Positions 23,337-31,763 of a DNA stretch of 31,763 nucleotides are shown here, piece by piece. Made by a program: the position numbers and the translations under genes. Position 1 is the stretch's first letter. Each line of letters begins with the position of its first letter. The DNA is taken from NCBI RefSeq assembly GCF_004010195.1, contig NC_057717.1:107609819-107641581 (forward strand), in the 5' to 3' direction. Under the pieces are notes generated by a model, which ran no database searches, was not told the DNA's origin, and worked only from the letters and a program-made list of their open reading frames with translations. The stretch comes from Chiloscyllium plagiosum (taxonomy: Eukaryota).

Positions 23337-23686
23337 GTGCGTTCCGAATGATTATAAAGAGAATGGTTCGGGTTCGATGCCAGGATGCTGTGGGGGGGTC
23401 GTCAGTTCAATTTGAGCTGAAGCATTGGGAGGTGGGAGGGCTCAAGTTTGAGGTGAGGGGTGAGGCAGGGAGGCTGGGGGTTTGAGGTGAGCAAAGCAGG
23501 TGGTGGGCTGCAATATGCTCTGGGTTTAAGGTGGGGATTGTTGATGGTCTCGCAGACTCCTCGCCTGAAGTCGGTTCACAACCACGTCTGGTTGTATAAG
23601 GGAGAAAATGGGAAGACAGTTGGATTACGAGAGACTTCTTGACAACAATATTAGTAACTTGCCATGTTTTCTTTGTCTTTCTGCAG

Positions 23687-23779
23687 AGCTGTTGGCTGTA
23701 TTATGTCCACTTTGGTCTATCCTGTCATCACATATCTCCTGCTGTTACTCTGCGTAGCTTACTGGGGCATTACCGCTGT
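23687..23779 (+). CDS. slc44a2: CTL2 coding exon, upstream of the U12-type intron
   Basis: ctgcag / gtatcttt. AVGCIMSTLVYPVITYLLLLLCVAYWGITA(V). Confidence 0.94.
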
Positions 23780-23787
23780 GTATCTTT

Positions 23788-24085
23788 TAACCAAAATTTT
23801 GCCTCTGTTTTCACAGTGGAAGGTGATCATTTCTTCCCAAAAACTGCAGTCACTACACAGGAACTTGGTGTAATTACGGTAAATAGGGAGAAGATATTAA
23901 GTAAACTGATGGGATTAAAGGCAGATAAGTCCCAGGCCTGATGGCCCCCACCTGTGGATATTAAAGGAGGTGGCGGCAGAGGTAGTGAATGCATTAGTTA
24001 TAATATTACAAAATTCTCAGGATTCTGGAAAGGTACCAGTGGATTGGGAACATGCTAATGCAACAGCCTTATTTTAAAAAAGATG
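23788..24085 (+). mobile_element. CR1 ORF2 fragment abutting the U12 donor
   Basis: NQNFASVFTVE...VNREKILSKLMGLKADKS, then ILKEVAAEVVNALVIILQNSQDSGKVPVDWEHAN. Confidence 0.85.
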
Positions 24086-24114
24086 ATGTGGGGAAAAAAG
24101 CTCCCTTTCCCTTT

Positions 24115-24302
24115 CACGGTGGCACAGTGGTTAGCACTGCTACCTCACAGCGCCAGGGATCCAGGTTCAATTCCAGCCTTGGGCAACTGTGTGGAGTTTG
24201 CACATTCTCCCCGTGTCTGTGCGGGTTTTCTCCAGGTGCTCCGGTTTCCCCCCTCAATTCAAAGCTGAACACTTTAAGTAAAGTGGCTGTGCTAAATTGC
24301 CC
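24115..24302 (+). mobile_element. HE1-type V-SINE, 3'-truncated
   Basis: A box TGGCACAGTGG 24120-24130, B box GGTTCAATTCC 24164-24174, then tgtgtggagtttgcacattctccccgtgtctg. Confidence 0.88.
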
Positions 24303-24389
24303 AGAGTATTCAGAGCCTGTTTCCACACTGTATTCTATTCAATGCTTGTATGCAAACACTGTCTCTGTGTCTGTCTTGCACGCACGCGC

Positions 24390-24520
24390 TTTTGCTCTCT
24401 CCTTTCTCGCTCTCTTCTTTCTTTTTCGCTCTCGCTCTCTCCTTTCTTTCTTTCTTGCTCGCTCTCTTTCTTCTCTCTCGCTCTCTCCTTTCTTTCGCGC
24501 TTGCTCTCTCTTCTGCCTCC
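24390..24520. repeat. CT-rich low-complexity microsatellite
   Basis: Imperfect (CT)n/(CTTT)n/(CGCT)n run; a (CA)9 tract follows at 24657-24674. Confidence 0.9.
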
Positions 24521-25132
24521 CCCATCAAACACGCATACACCCTCATACATCCAGTCCTCAAAACGAAAGCACACAATGCATCCCATTTTCTGCAGCATCC
24601 CCTCGCCCCAAAAAGACAGTTTGTCACTGACTCTGTCTTGTTTGCACTCCCATTCCCACACACACACACACACACGCTCCATCTGACACATGAAGCTTAA
24701 TATGTAATACACTCACCCTTGAGGCAGAGTTGTGGTTTCATTTGCCACTCCAGAGATTTAAGCTGAAAATCTAATTTTAACACTCTGCTGTTGAGGGAGA
24801 TCCACATTGTTGGAGGGTTGTTACTGGTGAAAGGGGGACTGTCACTGATAGGGAACCTGTTCTTCGGAAATAATAAGTTAAGCCTCATTTTAATGTCCTT
24901 TAACACCATTTAAAGTTCTCTAAATTCTGGCCAAACCCATCTAAAACAAAAGCTTTTCATTGGTCTTTGATTGGGCCTTAGCTGATGCCACCACCTCTGA
25001 TTCATTCATTGTACGTATTGGTTTTCTGAATATTCTGGGCACTGTGCTAAGGTTCTGTATGAATTTCCATGTTGTATTTTCTAACCCTCCATTTGAAGAA
25101 GTTATCTGTTGCCTTGACTGTTTGTTCTGAAG

Positions 25133-25220
25133 CTTCTTGTCAACCTCAGGCAAAGCAGTTTATAAAGTGCTGGCAAATGAGTCGACTTGTAATTACACCA
25201 TGAAGACCTGTGATCCTAAT
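25133..25220 (+). CDS. slc44a2: CTL2 coding exon
   Basis: ctgaag / gtgagt. FLSTSGKAVYKVLANESTCNYTMKTCDPN; human FLSTSNEAVYK...KTCNPE as recalled. Confidence 0.93.
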
Positions 25221-26026
25221 GTGAGTAGTATTTCTGAACAACAGATGCCGAGAGAAAGGGGGACTGTTTCCTTTCTTCTTTTGCCCCACCAGCATCTCTA
25301 TGCCCTGAATGGTGCAGCCCCTGTCTCATCCATTTGATGGTGTTCTGAGAGGTTTGCTTTGTCAGTCATTGTCCACAGTTGCTCTGTACCATCGCCCCAT
25401 TGACCTGTCTGGACTAGATGGGCTGAATGGCAGACATGGCCCACTGCTCCAGCATCACACATCACTGCTCGTCCCTGACGTGGTGGTGTTGGAGAGTTTA
25501 CCTCCGATCCAATCAGCAGAGAGACTTTGCACCCTTTATCCTTGTGGCTCTGGTTTATAACAATTCGGAAAGATGTCAAGCTGATAGATACTCAGTCACT
25601 AAGGGAGACTAAGTGCTTTTCCTGTTATTGCACTGATCCACAGCAACTGACAGTTGTCCGTGTCCTCCTGCACACTGTCCTTAATCAGGCAGTAGTTGAG
25701 GTGGTCTCACCAACTCTGCACCTTTCAGGGATGGATTGATCAGTTCAGCTCATGATCAAAATGTCTATGGGCCTGTCAGCCTGAGCTTCCAGATGTGTCT
25801 ATGGTTCTGTACATGTGAGAGATGACTTTGCCTGCTTCTGCCATTTAAACAAGCTCCTAAACAATGTCAGCTGGAGTCAGTGCAATGGGGAGGGAACATA
25901 CAACAATCTGATTGGAGTGATACTGAATGATCCAGACATTACCACTCCTATATGTTGACCAGAACTGGATTGCAATACCTTGCTCCAAGTCTCCTTGTGT
26001 ATGAAACCAGACGCATGTGAATTATG

Positions 26027-26225
26027 GAGAAATTGAGGACTGCAGATGCTGGAGATCAGAATCGAAGAGTGTGGCACTGGAAAAGCACAGCAGGCCAGGC
26101 AGCATCCGAGGACCAAGAGAGTCGACGTTTCAGGCATTAGCTCTTCATGCTTGAAATGTCAACTGTCCTGCTCCTCTGCTGCCTGACCAGCTGTGCTTTT
26201 CCAGCACCACACTTCTCCATCTGAT
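26027..26225. mobile_element. Inverted pair of Penelope terminal repeats (fold-back)
   Basis: CTGGAAAAGCACAGC 26077-26091 is the exact reverse complement of 26190-26204; 26124-26137 pairs with 26147-26160. Confidence 0.88.
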
Positions 26226-26477
26226 TTAAGGAAATGTCCAGCCTCATTGTTCCAATCTTGGGGGAAAAACCCAGGAGACTGTCAATGTCCTCTGGTTACT
26301 GCCACCTTTGACCAGGGATGGGGAAGGGGGCTACTGAGGCTTGACCTGTGGGCAGTATCTATTGAAGCTTTGTGGTGAGGATGTTGAACAGCTCCTCTAC
26401 AGCTTCATGAGGTTGCATGTTATGGTTCTAGGGTGATATTTCTGTGAATAACTTAGTCTCTCTCTCTCTCCTCCTAG

Positions 26478-26740
26478 ACCTTTAATATTTCCAAGATCAT
26501 AAAGCAGTGCCCAGAAGCAGAGTGTATATTTGCATTCTATGGAGGCGAGTCATACTATCATCGGTACCTCATCTTCTTCCAATTCTACAATGTCTTTCTC
26601 TTCTTCTGGCTCAGCAACTTTGTCATTGCCTTGGGACAGGTTACACTCGCAGGAGCTTTTGCCTCTTACTACTGGGCTTTCAATAAACCGGATGACATTC
26701 CAACATTCCCGGTGTTTTCTTCAATAGGACGTGCACTCAG
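26478..26740 (+). CDS. slc44a2: CTL2 coding exon
   Basis: tcctag / gtaaga. [87 protein letters not shown](R); SLC44 signature [15 protein letters not shown]. Confidence 0.97.
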
Positions 26741-26784
26741 GTAAGAGCGTGAGTGTGCTTTCTTGTTTTGTTTTTGTTTGTGGG

Positions 26785-27250
26785 AGATGGACGTCTCTGG
26801 CTGGGCCCAGCATTTATTTCCTGTCCTTAGTTGCCCTTGATGATGTTGGTGAGCTGCCTTCCTGAACTGCTGCAGTTCCCCTGCTGTGGGCTAACCCACA
26901 ATACCCTTGGGGGAGAGGGCGGGTGAATTTTCCAGGATTTTAATCCAGTGCTGCTGAAGGAACAGTGATTTATTTCCAAGTTAGGATGGTGAGTGACTTG
27001 GAGGGGAAATTCCAGGGGTTGGTATTCCTATGCTGCCCTTGTCTTTTGAGGTAGAAGTGGTCATGGTTATGGAAGGTGATGTCTTAGGATCTTTGGTCAA
27101 TTTCTGCAGTGTAACTTGTAGGTAGTACACACTGCTGCTATTGAGTGTCGACGGGGGAGGGAGTGGATATTTGTGAATGTGGTGCCAACCAAGCGGGCTG
27201 CTTTGTCCTGAATGGTGCTGATCATCTTGGAGCTGCACCCATCCAGACAT
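26785..27250 (-). mobile_element. LINE family B 3' end
   Basis: Minus strand TIQDKAARLVGTTFTNIHSL...AAVCTTYKLHCRN; tail aataaatgctgggcccagcc. Confidence 0.82.
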
Positions 27251-27372
27251 GGGTTTGAATAACCTGATATGGGGTCAAAGTTCATGCAGGACGATATTGA
27301 ATGCTGCCATCTCCATCAATTAAACGTGTACACTGAACAGAGTCGGCCCCTTCAGGAGATGGAAGCTGGAAT

Positions 27373-27443
27373 CTGGGGAGAGTCAGCACCTTCAGCAGAG
27401 GGAGTACTGTACCCTGGGGAGAGTCAGCACCTTCAGCAGAGGG
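27373..27443. repeat. Perfect 30-bp direct repeat, period 41
   Basis: CTGGGGAGAGTCAGCACCTTCAGCAGAGGG at 27373-27402 and 27414-27443. Confidence 0.92.
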
Positions 27444-28117
27444 GGAATCAACTGTTTATGTCCAAACAGAGAAGAACTTTGAACTGTAAAATTGAAACAA
27501 TTGACTATTTTTAACAAGATGGCTTACTGTGCCATTGCTGACACTGTAGCTGCATCAATTGTTTTGAGCTTGCTGGCATATTGTGGGCATTGTAGAAAGC
27601 ACAAGCAGATGCACCACTGAGTCTGTCAAAACAAAACCTGCTACTGCATTGAGCTCACTGGGGGCTGGGTATATGTCACAAAGTTTAATTGCTGCATTAA
27701 TACTGAGTGGACTTCTCAATGCCTTATAATTTCCCCCATGATGGACATGGCACTGAGCACAGTGGCTTTCCCTGGGCATTGGGAGTTTACCCATGCGTTG
27801 AGCTTTGCTGCAGTGTAGTGATATTTGATTTCTCACACCTTTTTATCCTGGTTAAGACTGGGTAAATCATTGTTTCAAATTCAAATTGAAATTGTACAAA
27901 ATCAGACAATGAATCCACTGAGCAAACTGCAGCAATAGCGACCCGTTCTTTAGATTCTTGAAGAAGGGGAGAAGTGTGTGACCTAATCTCAGCGATCAGT
28001 GAGGTGACAGGATAGCAAACAAGGACTTGGCATTGGAGGAGGTTTTAGAGGTGAAGAGGATGAGGTCACTGAGGAGCACGTATTGAGATGTCCTCCGATT
28101 GTGGGCCAGGCTTCCAA

Positions 28118-28300
28118 TCGGTTAGCCCAGTTGGCTGGATGGTTTGCAATGCAAATGATACCAACTGCCTGGGTTCAATTCCCACACTGGATGAGGTTAC
28201 CATGAAGTACACTCCTTCTCCACCTTTCCCTCGCCTGAGGTGTGGTGACCCACAGGTTAAATCACCACCTTTTCATCTTTCTGTGGTGGTCTGGGACTGT
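28118..28300 (+). mobile_element. tRNA-like SINE ('family C')
   Basis: A-box-like tagcccagttgg, B box gggttcaattccc; second copy at 8268-8462 on the minus strand. Confidence 0.68.
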
Positions 28301-28996
28301 GCCAATTCTACAGAAATCCTGGGGGCCTGTCAGATGCTGTTTTGAATCAATTTGACCGACTCCTTGTGAACTTGTTCGAGTGGTTCCCAGTTTCATTTGT
28401 TTGGTCAAGGTGCCACCCACTGGCTTCTTGAGGAAGTGCAGTATCAGGTTTGTGTTGGGTCAGACTACTGTAACAGAAAACAATGAAAATAAAAGTAAAT
28501 GCAGAACAGACACTGGGAAGAGAAGTAAAAGTAATATTAGCAGGAGAAATGGTAGACGTTTTATAGTCAAAATCCTGAAACATTGACAGCTGATCTTTGC
28601 AGATTCTGCTTGCCGTTGGGTATTTCTAAACTTTTCTCCCTTTATTTTCTGACTTCCATCCTTTATTTTCTTCTGTTCCAAACATGTTTTCAGCCCTAAG
28701 CCTGCAACGTAGGTGTAGTTTGAATGTATCAAAGGAAGGTGAGGGATCAGATCTCCATGTCGAAGAAGAGAGGATTGATTCCCAGAATGTGTGTGGTAAA
28801 TCTCTCCCTCTCTCCACTCCTGTTGGATGGAGGGCAGATGGCAGGAGGCCTTTCTGCAGGGTACCCCGTTCTTTTTGGAGACACATGGAGTAAAGGTGCA
28901 CATTACCTGTCCACTGAGCAGTCATGCTCCTGTGGTGTTTGCTACACTATTGACAGGGTCTTTCCAATTAATTTTCATATCTTTCTGTTTCTGCAG

Positions 28997-29091
28997 GTAC
29001 CACACTGGCACCTTGGCATTTGGATCTCTCCTCTTAGCCCTTGTCCAGGTTATCAGAGTTTTGTTGGAATATATCGATCAGAAAGTGAAAG
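28997..29091 (+). CDS. slc44a2: CTL2 coding exon
   Basis: ctgcag / gtaaaa. YHTGTLAFGSLLLALVQVIRVLLEYIDQKVK(G). Confidence 0.97.
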
Positions 29092-29269
29092 GTAAAAGCT
29101 GTTGGAACCTTTCAATTCTTTCCATCATCTATTTCTCGCCAGTTGCTTATTTATTATTTAAAGCTACTTTGGATGATGTATTAATACAAGCCCCCGCCCC
29201 GTGCCAGCCTGTTCCACTACAACTATGACACTAATATCTAACTCTCAATGTGGATAATTTTCCTGTCTA

Positions 29270-31262
29270 TTAAAGAACAGGACAAATCCACCCCATCAGT
29301 CTACTCTCAATCATCAGGAAAGTGATGGAAAGGGTCATCAGTAGTGCTATCTAGCAGCACCTACTCAGTGACACCCAGTTTGGGTTGTGCCTGGGCCACT
29401 CAGCTCCTGACCTCATTGCAACCTTGGTTCAAGCATGGATAAGAGAGCTGAATTCCAGAGGGGAGTGGAGACCCTGGTCCAGAGACACACCTGCACAGCC
29501 TCACAGCACCTTCCCCTGCAACCGCAGAAGGTGTAACATCTGTCTATTTCCACCTCGCTCCTTTGTATCCAAATACACCTTCCAGGTGATGCAGGTCTTT
29601 ACCTGCACTTTACTCAGTCTAGTCTATTGCATTTGCTGCTCACACTGTGGTCTCCTCTACAATGGGGAAGCAAAATGTGTAGACTGGGTGACCACTTTTC
29701 AGAACGTCTACATTCTGTTTGCAAAAAAGACCTTGAGCTTCCAATTGCCTGCCACTTCATCACACCACTCTGTTCCCTGGCCACATATGTCTCAGGCTTG
29801 CTGCACCTCAATGCTTGGGGACCCACGTTAATAACTTTCTGGCTTGAGCTCTCCCATGTCCTAGCCCCTACTCTATACACCAGACCTTGTTATCCCACAG
29901 TGTGCGCTATTACACACAACCCATTGTTTGCCACTAATAGTTGCCATTAATTCACTCTCCTAGCCAAATTGTTATCCATTCCTTTGTCTGTCCAATTGCT
30001 GTCCTCTCTGACCTCTATCCCCACTTATTATTTACTCCTTACCCTCTTCTCCCCTTCTCCCGTCCCTCCACAATGACCCCCCACACTATCTTCTGCATAT
30101 AAACTGACCCTTCCTCTGAGGAAGGGTCACTCAACCTGAAATATTAGCTTTGATTTCTCTGTTTCCAGACCTGCTGAGCTTTTCTAGCCATTTTGTTTTT
30201 GTTTGTGAAATGAGGCTAATTGCGCTTGACATTGAGGCTACATTCGACTGAATGTGTCATCAATGACTCCTAGCAAAACTGGATTGGGTATTGGGGGCAA
30301 AATTTCTGTTGGTTGGAGTTATACCTGGCACAAGGAAGATGGTTGTGGTTGGAGGTCAGTCATCTCAGCTCCAGGACATCAGGAGCTCTTCAGCATGGTA
30401 TCCTAGACCCAACCATCTTCACCTGCTACATCAATGACCTTCCTCCTCCATACGTGGGGATGTTCATTGATGATTGCACGATGTTCAGTGCCATTCATGA
30501 CTCCTCGGACATTGAAGCTGTTTATGTTCAAATGCAACAAGACCGAGACAATATCCAAACTTGGGCTGACCATTTCTTGTAAGAGACAATCTAACCATCT
30601 TCCCTTGATATTCAATGGTGTTACCATCTCTGAATGCCCAATTGTCAACATCCTGGGATTACCATTGACCAGAAACTGAACAGAAGCAGCCATATAGTCA
30701 TGATGGGTATAAACCAGGTCAGAGGCTAGGAATCCTGCAGTGAGTAACTCACCACCTCACTCCACAAAGCCTATCTGTAAGTCAGGAGTGTATGGAATAC
30801 TCCCCACTTGCAGCTTCAACAACATTCAAGAAGCTTGATATCATCCAGAATAAACTGCCCATTTAACTGACACCACCTCCACAAGCACCCACTTCCTCCT
30901 CCACCAACACGCAGTAGCAGCAGTGTATACGATCTACAAGATTCACTACATAAATTCATGAAGGCTCCTTCTGCAGCACCTTCCAAATCTATGATGCCAT
31001 CACCACCTAGAAGAACAAGGGCAGGAGAAATATGGGAACAAAATCACATTTTTAAGGTCCCCTCCAAGCCACGCATTACCCCGACTTGGAAATACTTTGC
31101 CATTCCTTCAGTGTTGTTGGGTCAAAATCCTGAAATCCCCTCCTAAGGACATTGAGTCTACCTACAGCACATGGACTGCAGCGATTCACCATCATCTCGA
31201 GGGCACCTCAGGACAGGCAATAAAGTGCTGGCCCAGTCATCATCACCACATCCCATGAGTGA
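29270..31262 (+). mobile_element. LINE family B (RT to 3' end), split by a Penelope insertion
   Basis: PISLLSIIRKVME, GHSAPDLIATLVQAWIRELNSRGE; resumes at about 30205 with ALDIEATFD; then ILDPTIFTCYINDLP..VGMFIDDCTMF; tail ends cacatcccatgagtgaa. Confidence 0.88.
29470..30205 (+). mobile_element. Penelope-like element 3' part (GIY-YIG remnant plus terminal repeat)
   Basis: FPCNRRRCNIC...FTCTLLSLVYCICCSHCGLLYNGE / RLGDHFSERL...PIACHF; hammerhead-like CTGAGGA 30116-30122 ... GAAA 30138-30141. Confidence 0.87.
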
Positions 31263-31334
31263 ACAGGAACAGAAGTATAGTTGTGTTTTTTTTTGTCTGA
31301 GCAGATGATAACCGTTTCCATTTGTGGTTTACAG

Positions 31335-31438
31335 GTGCACAGAATAAAGTTGCAAAATTTATATTGTCTTGCCTGAAATGTTGCTTCTGGTGTTTGGAGA
31401 AATTCCTGAAGTTTTTGAACAGGAATGCTTATATCATG
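31335..31438 (+). CDS. slc44a2: CTL2 coding exon ending at a GC donor
   Basis: ttacag / gcaagt. [34 protein letters not shown], an SLC44 signature. Confidence 0.95.
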
Positions 31439-31756
31439 GCAAGTATTTGTCTCTTTCTAAATTTCCTGTGGCTGAATGGTCAGATTCTCTGGTTATCTCA
31501 ATGTTATTTCTGGGGTCTTGAGTGAAAATTGTTTCCTTGGTTATAAAAATTGCTTTCCCCCTAGATTTGCTCTTGCCCTTCTGCTGGCCCCTCGCATTCT
31601 CACCTCCCCCATTGTCGTCTCCACTTACTCTTAAGTCTAGTCCCCTCTTGCTGCTGCTTGCTGACTCTGCTCAGTCAGACACCAACAGAAGGGTCAAGGG
31701 CAGAACAGGCTATAAGTGACCCTGAGTGAGTGATTGTGTCTGTTTCTTTCCCGTAG
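31439..31756 (+). other. GC-AG intron (318 nt)
   Basis: ATG|GCAAGT ... tttctttcccgtAG|GTT GCA gives the conserved AYIM-VAI. The nearby GT at 31443 would shift the frame. Confidence 0.85.
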
Positions 31757-31763
31757 GTTGCAA
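31757..31763 (+). CDS. slc44a2: Start of the next CTL2 exon (cut by the window edge)
   Basis: Pyrimidine tract plus AG, then GTT GCA A = V-A-(I), as expected after NAYIM. Only 7 nt are visible. Confidence 0.75.

Larger units (their letters stand above)
23780..25132 (+). other. U12-type (minor spliceosome) GT-AG intron
   Basis: 5' splice site GTATCTTT (consensus RTATCCTT). Branch-point-like TTGCCTTGACT at 25109-25119 with the A 15 nt before the intron end. Splicing restores TAV-FLSTS in frame. Confidence 0.85.

Noticed and set aside
24115..24180. tRNA gene (A and B boxes; also at 5230-5295 and 28118-28185)
   Set aside because: The boxes run straight into SINE body sequence and no full cloverleaf is evident; these are SINE heads.
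24052..24712. Cluster of long overlapping ORFs (116-192 aa, including Arg/Glu/Lys-rich ones)
   Set aside because: Produced by a SINE plus a stop-poor CT microsatellite; low complexity.
27373..27443. CRISPR-like repeat-spacer-repeat
   Set aside because: Only two repeats, an 11-nt spacer, a eukaryotic intron and no cas genes.
31443..31450. GT donor (GTATTTGT), or a second U12 site, instead of the GC donor
   Set aside because: Adds 4 nt and frameshifts the next exon; poor match to RTATCCTT and no clear U12 branch point before 31756.
1484..31763. Assignment to slc44a4 or slc44a5 instead of slc44a2
   Set aside because: Motifs [36 protein letters not shown] and RVYLHLRQTWLAF match CTL2 as I recall it; a phylogeny or synteny check would be decisive.

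Overview
Vertebrate genomic DNA, very probably from a shark (inferred from the repeat content: HE1-type V-SINEs, abundant CR1 LINEs, Penelope-like elements). The window lies inside one + strand protein-coding gene, choline transporter-like protein 2 (slc44a2/CTL2). I spliced 15 consecutive coding exons by hand (1484 to the window end, 1563 nt, 520 complete codons). Phases agree at every junction and there are no stops; the start and stop codons lie outside the window. Two introns are non-canonical: a U12-type (minor spliceosome) intron at 23780-25132 and a GC-AG intron at 31439-31756. The introns are filled with decayed, often nested retroelements and two TA-flanked MITEs. The most unusual signal is a set of seven Penelope-derived hammerhead-ribozyme-like motifs (six with both CTGANGA-like and GAAA halves, one partial). 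Several short insertions are truncated or inverted right at that motif, including a ~170-nt fold-back at 26055-26225. I see no prokaryote-type system, CRISPR array or intact RNA gene. Most ORFs in the track are exon read-throughs, TE remnants or noise. Family comparisons are from memory, not database searches, and TE boundaries are approximate unless a target-site duplication (TSD) is quoted.
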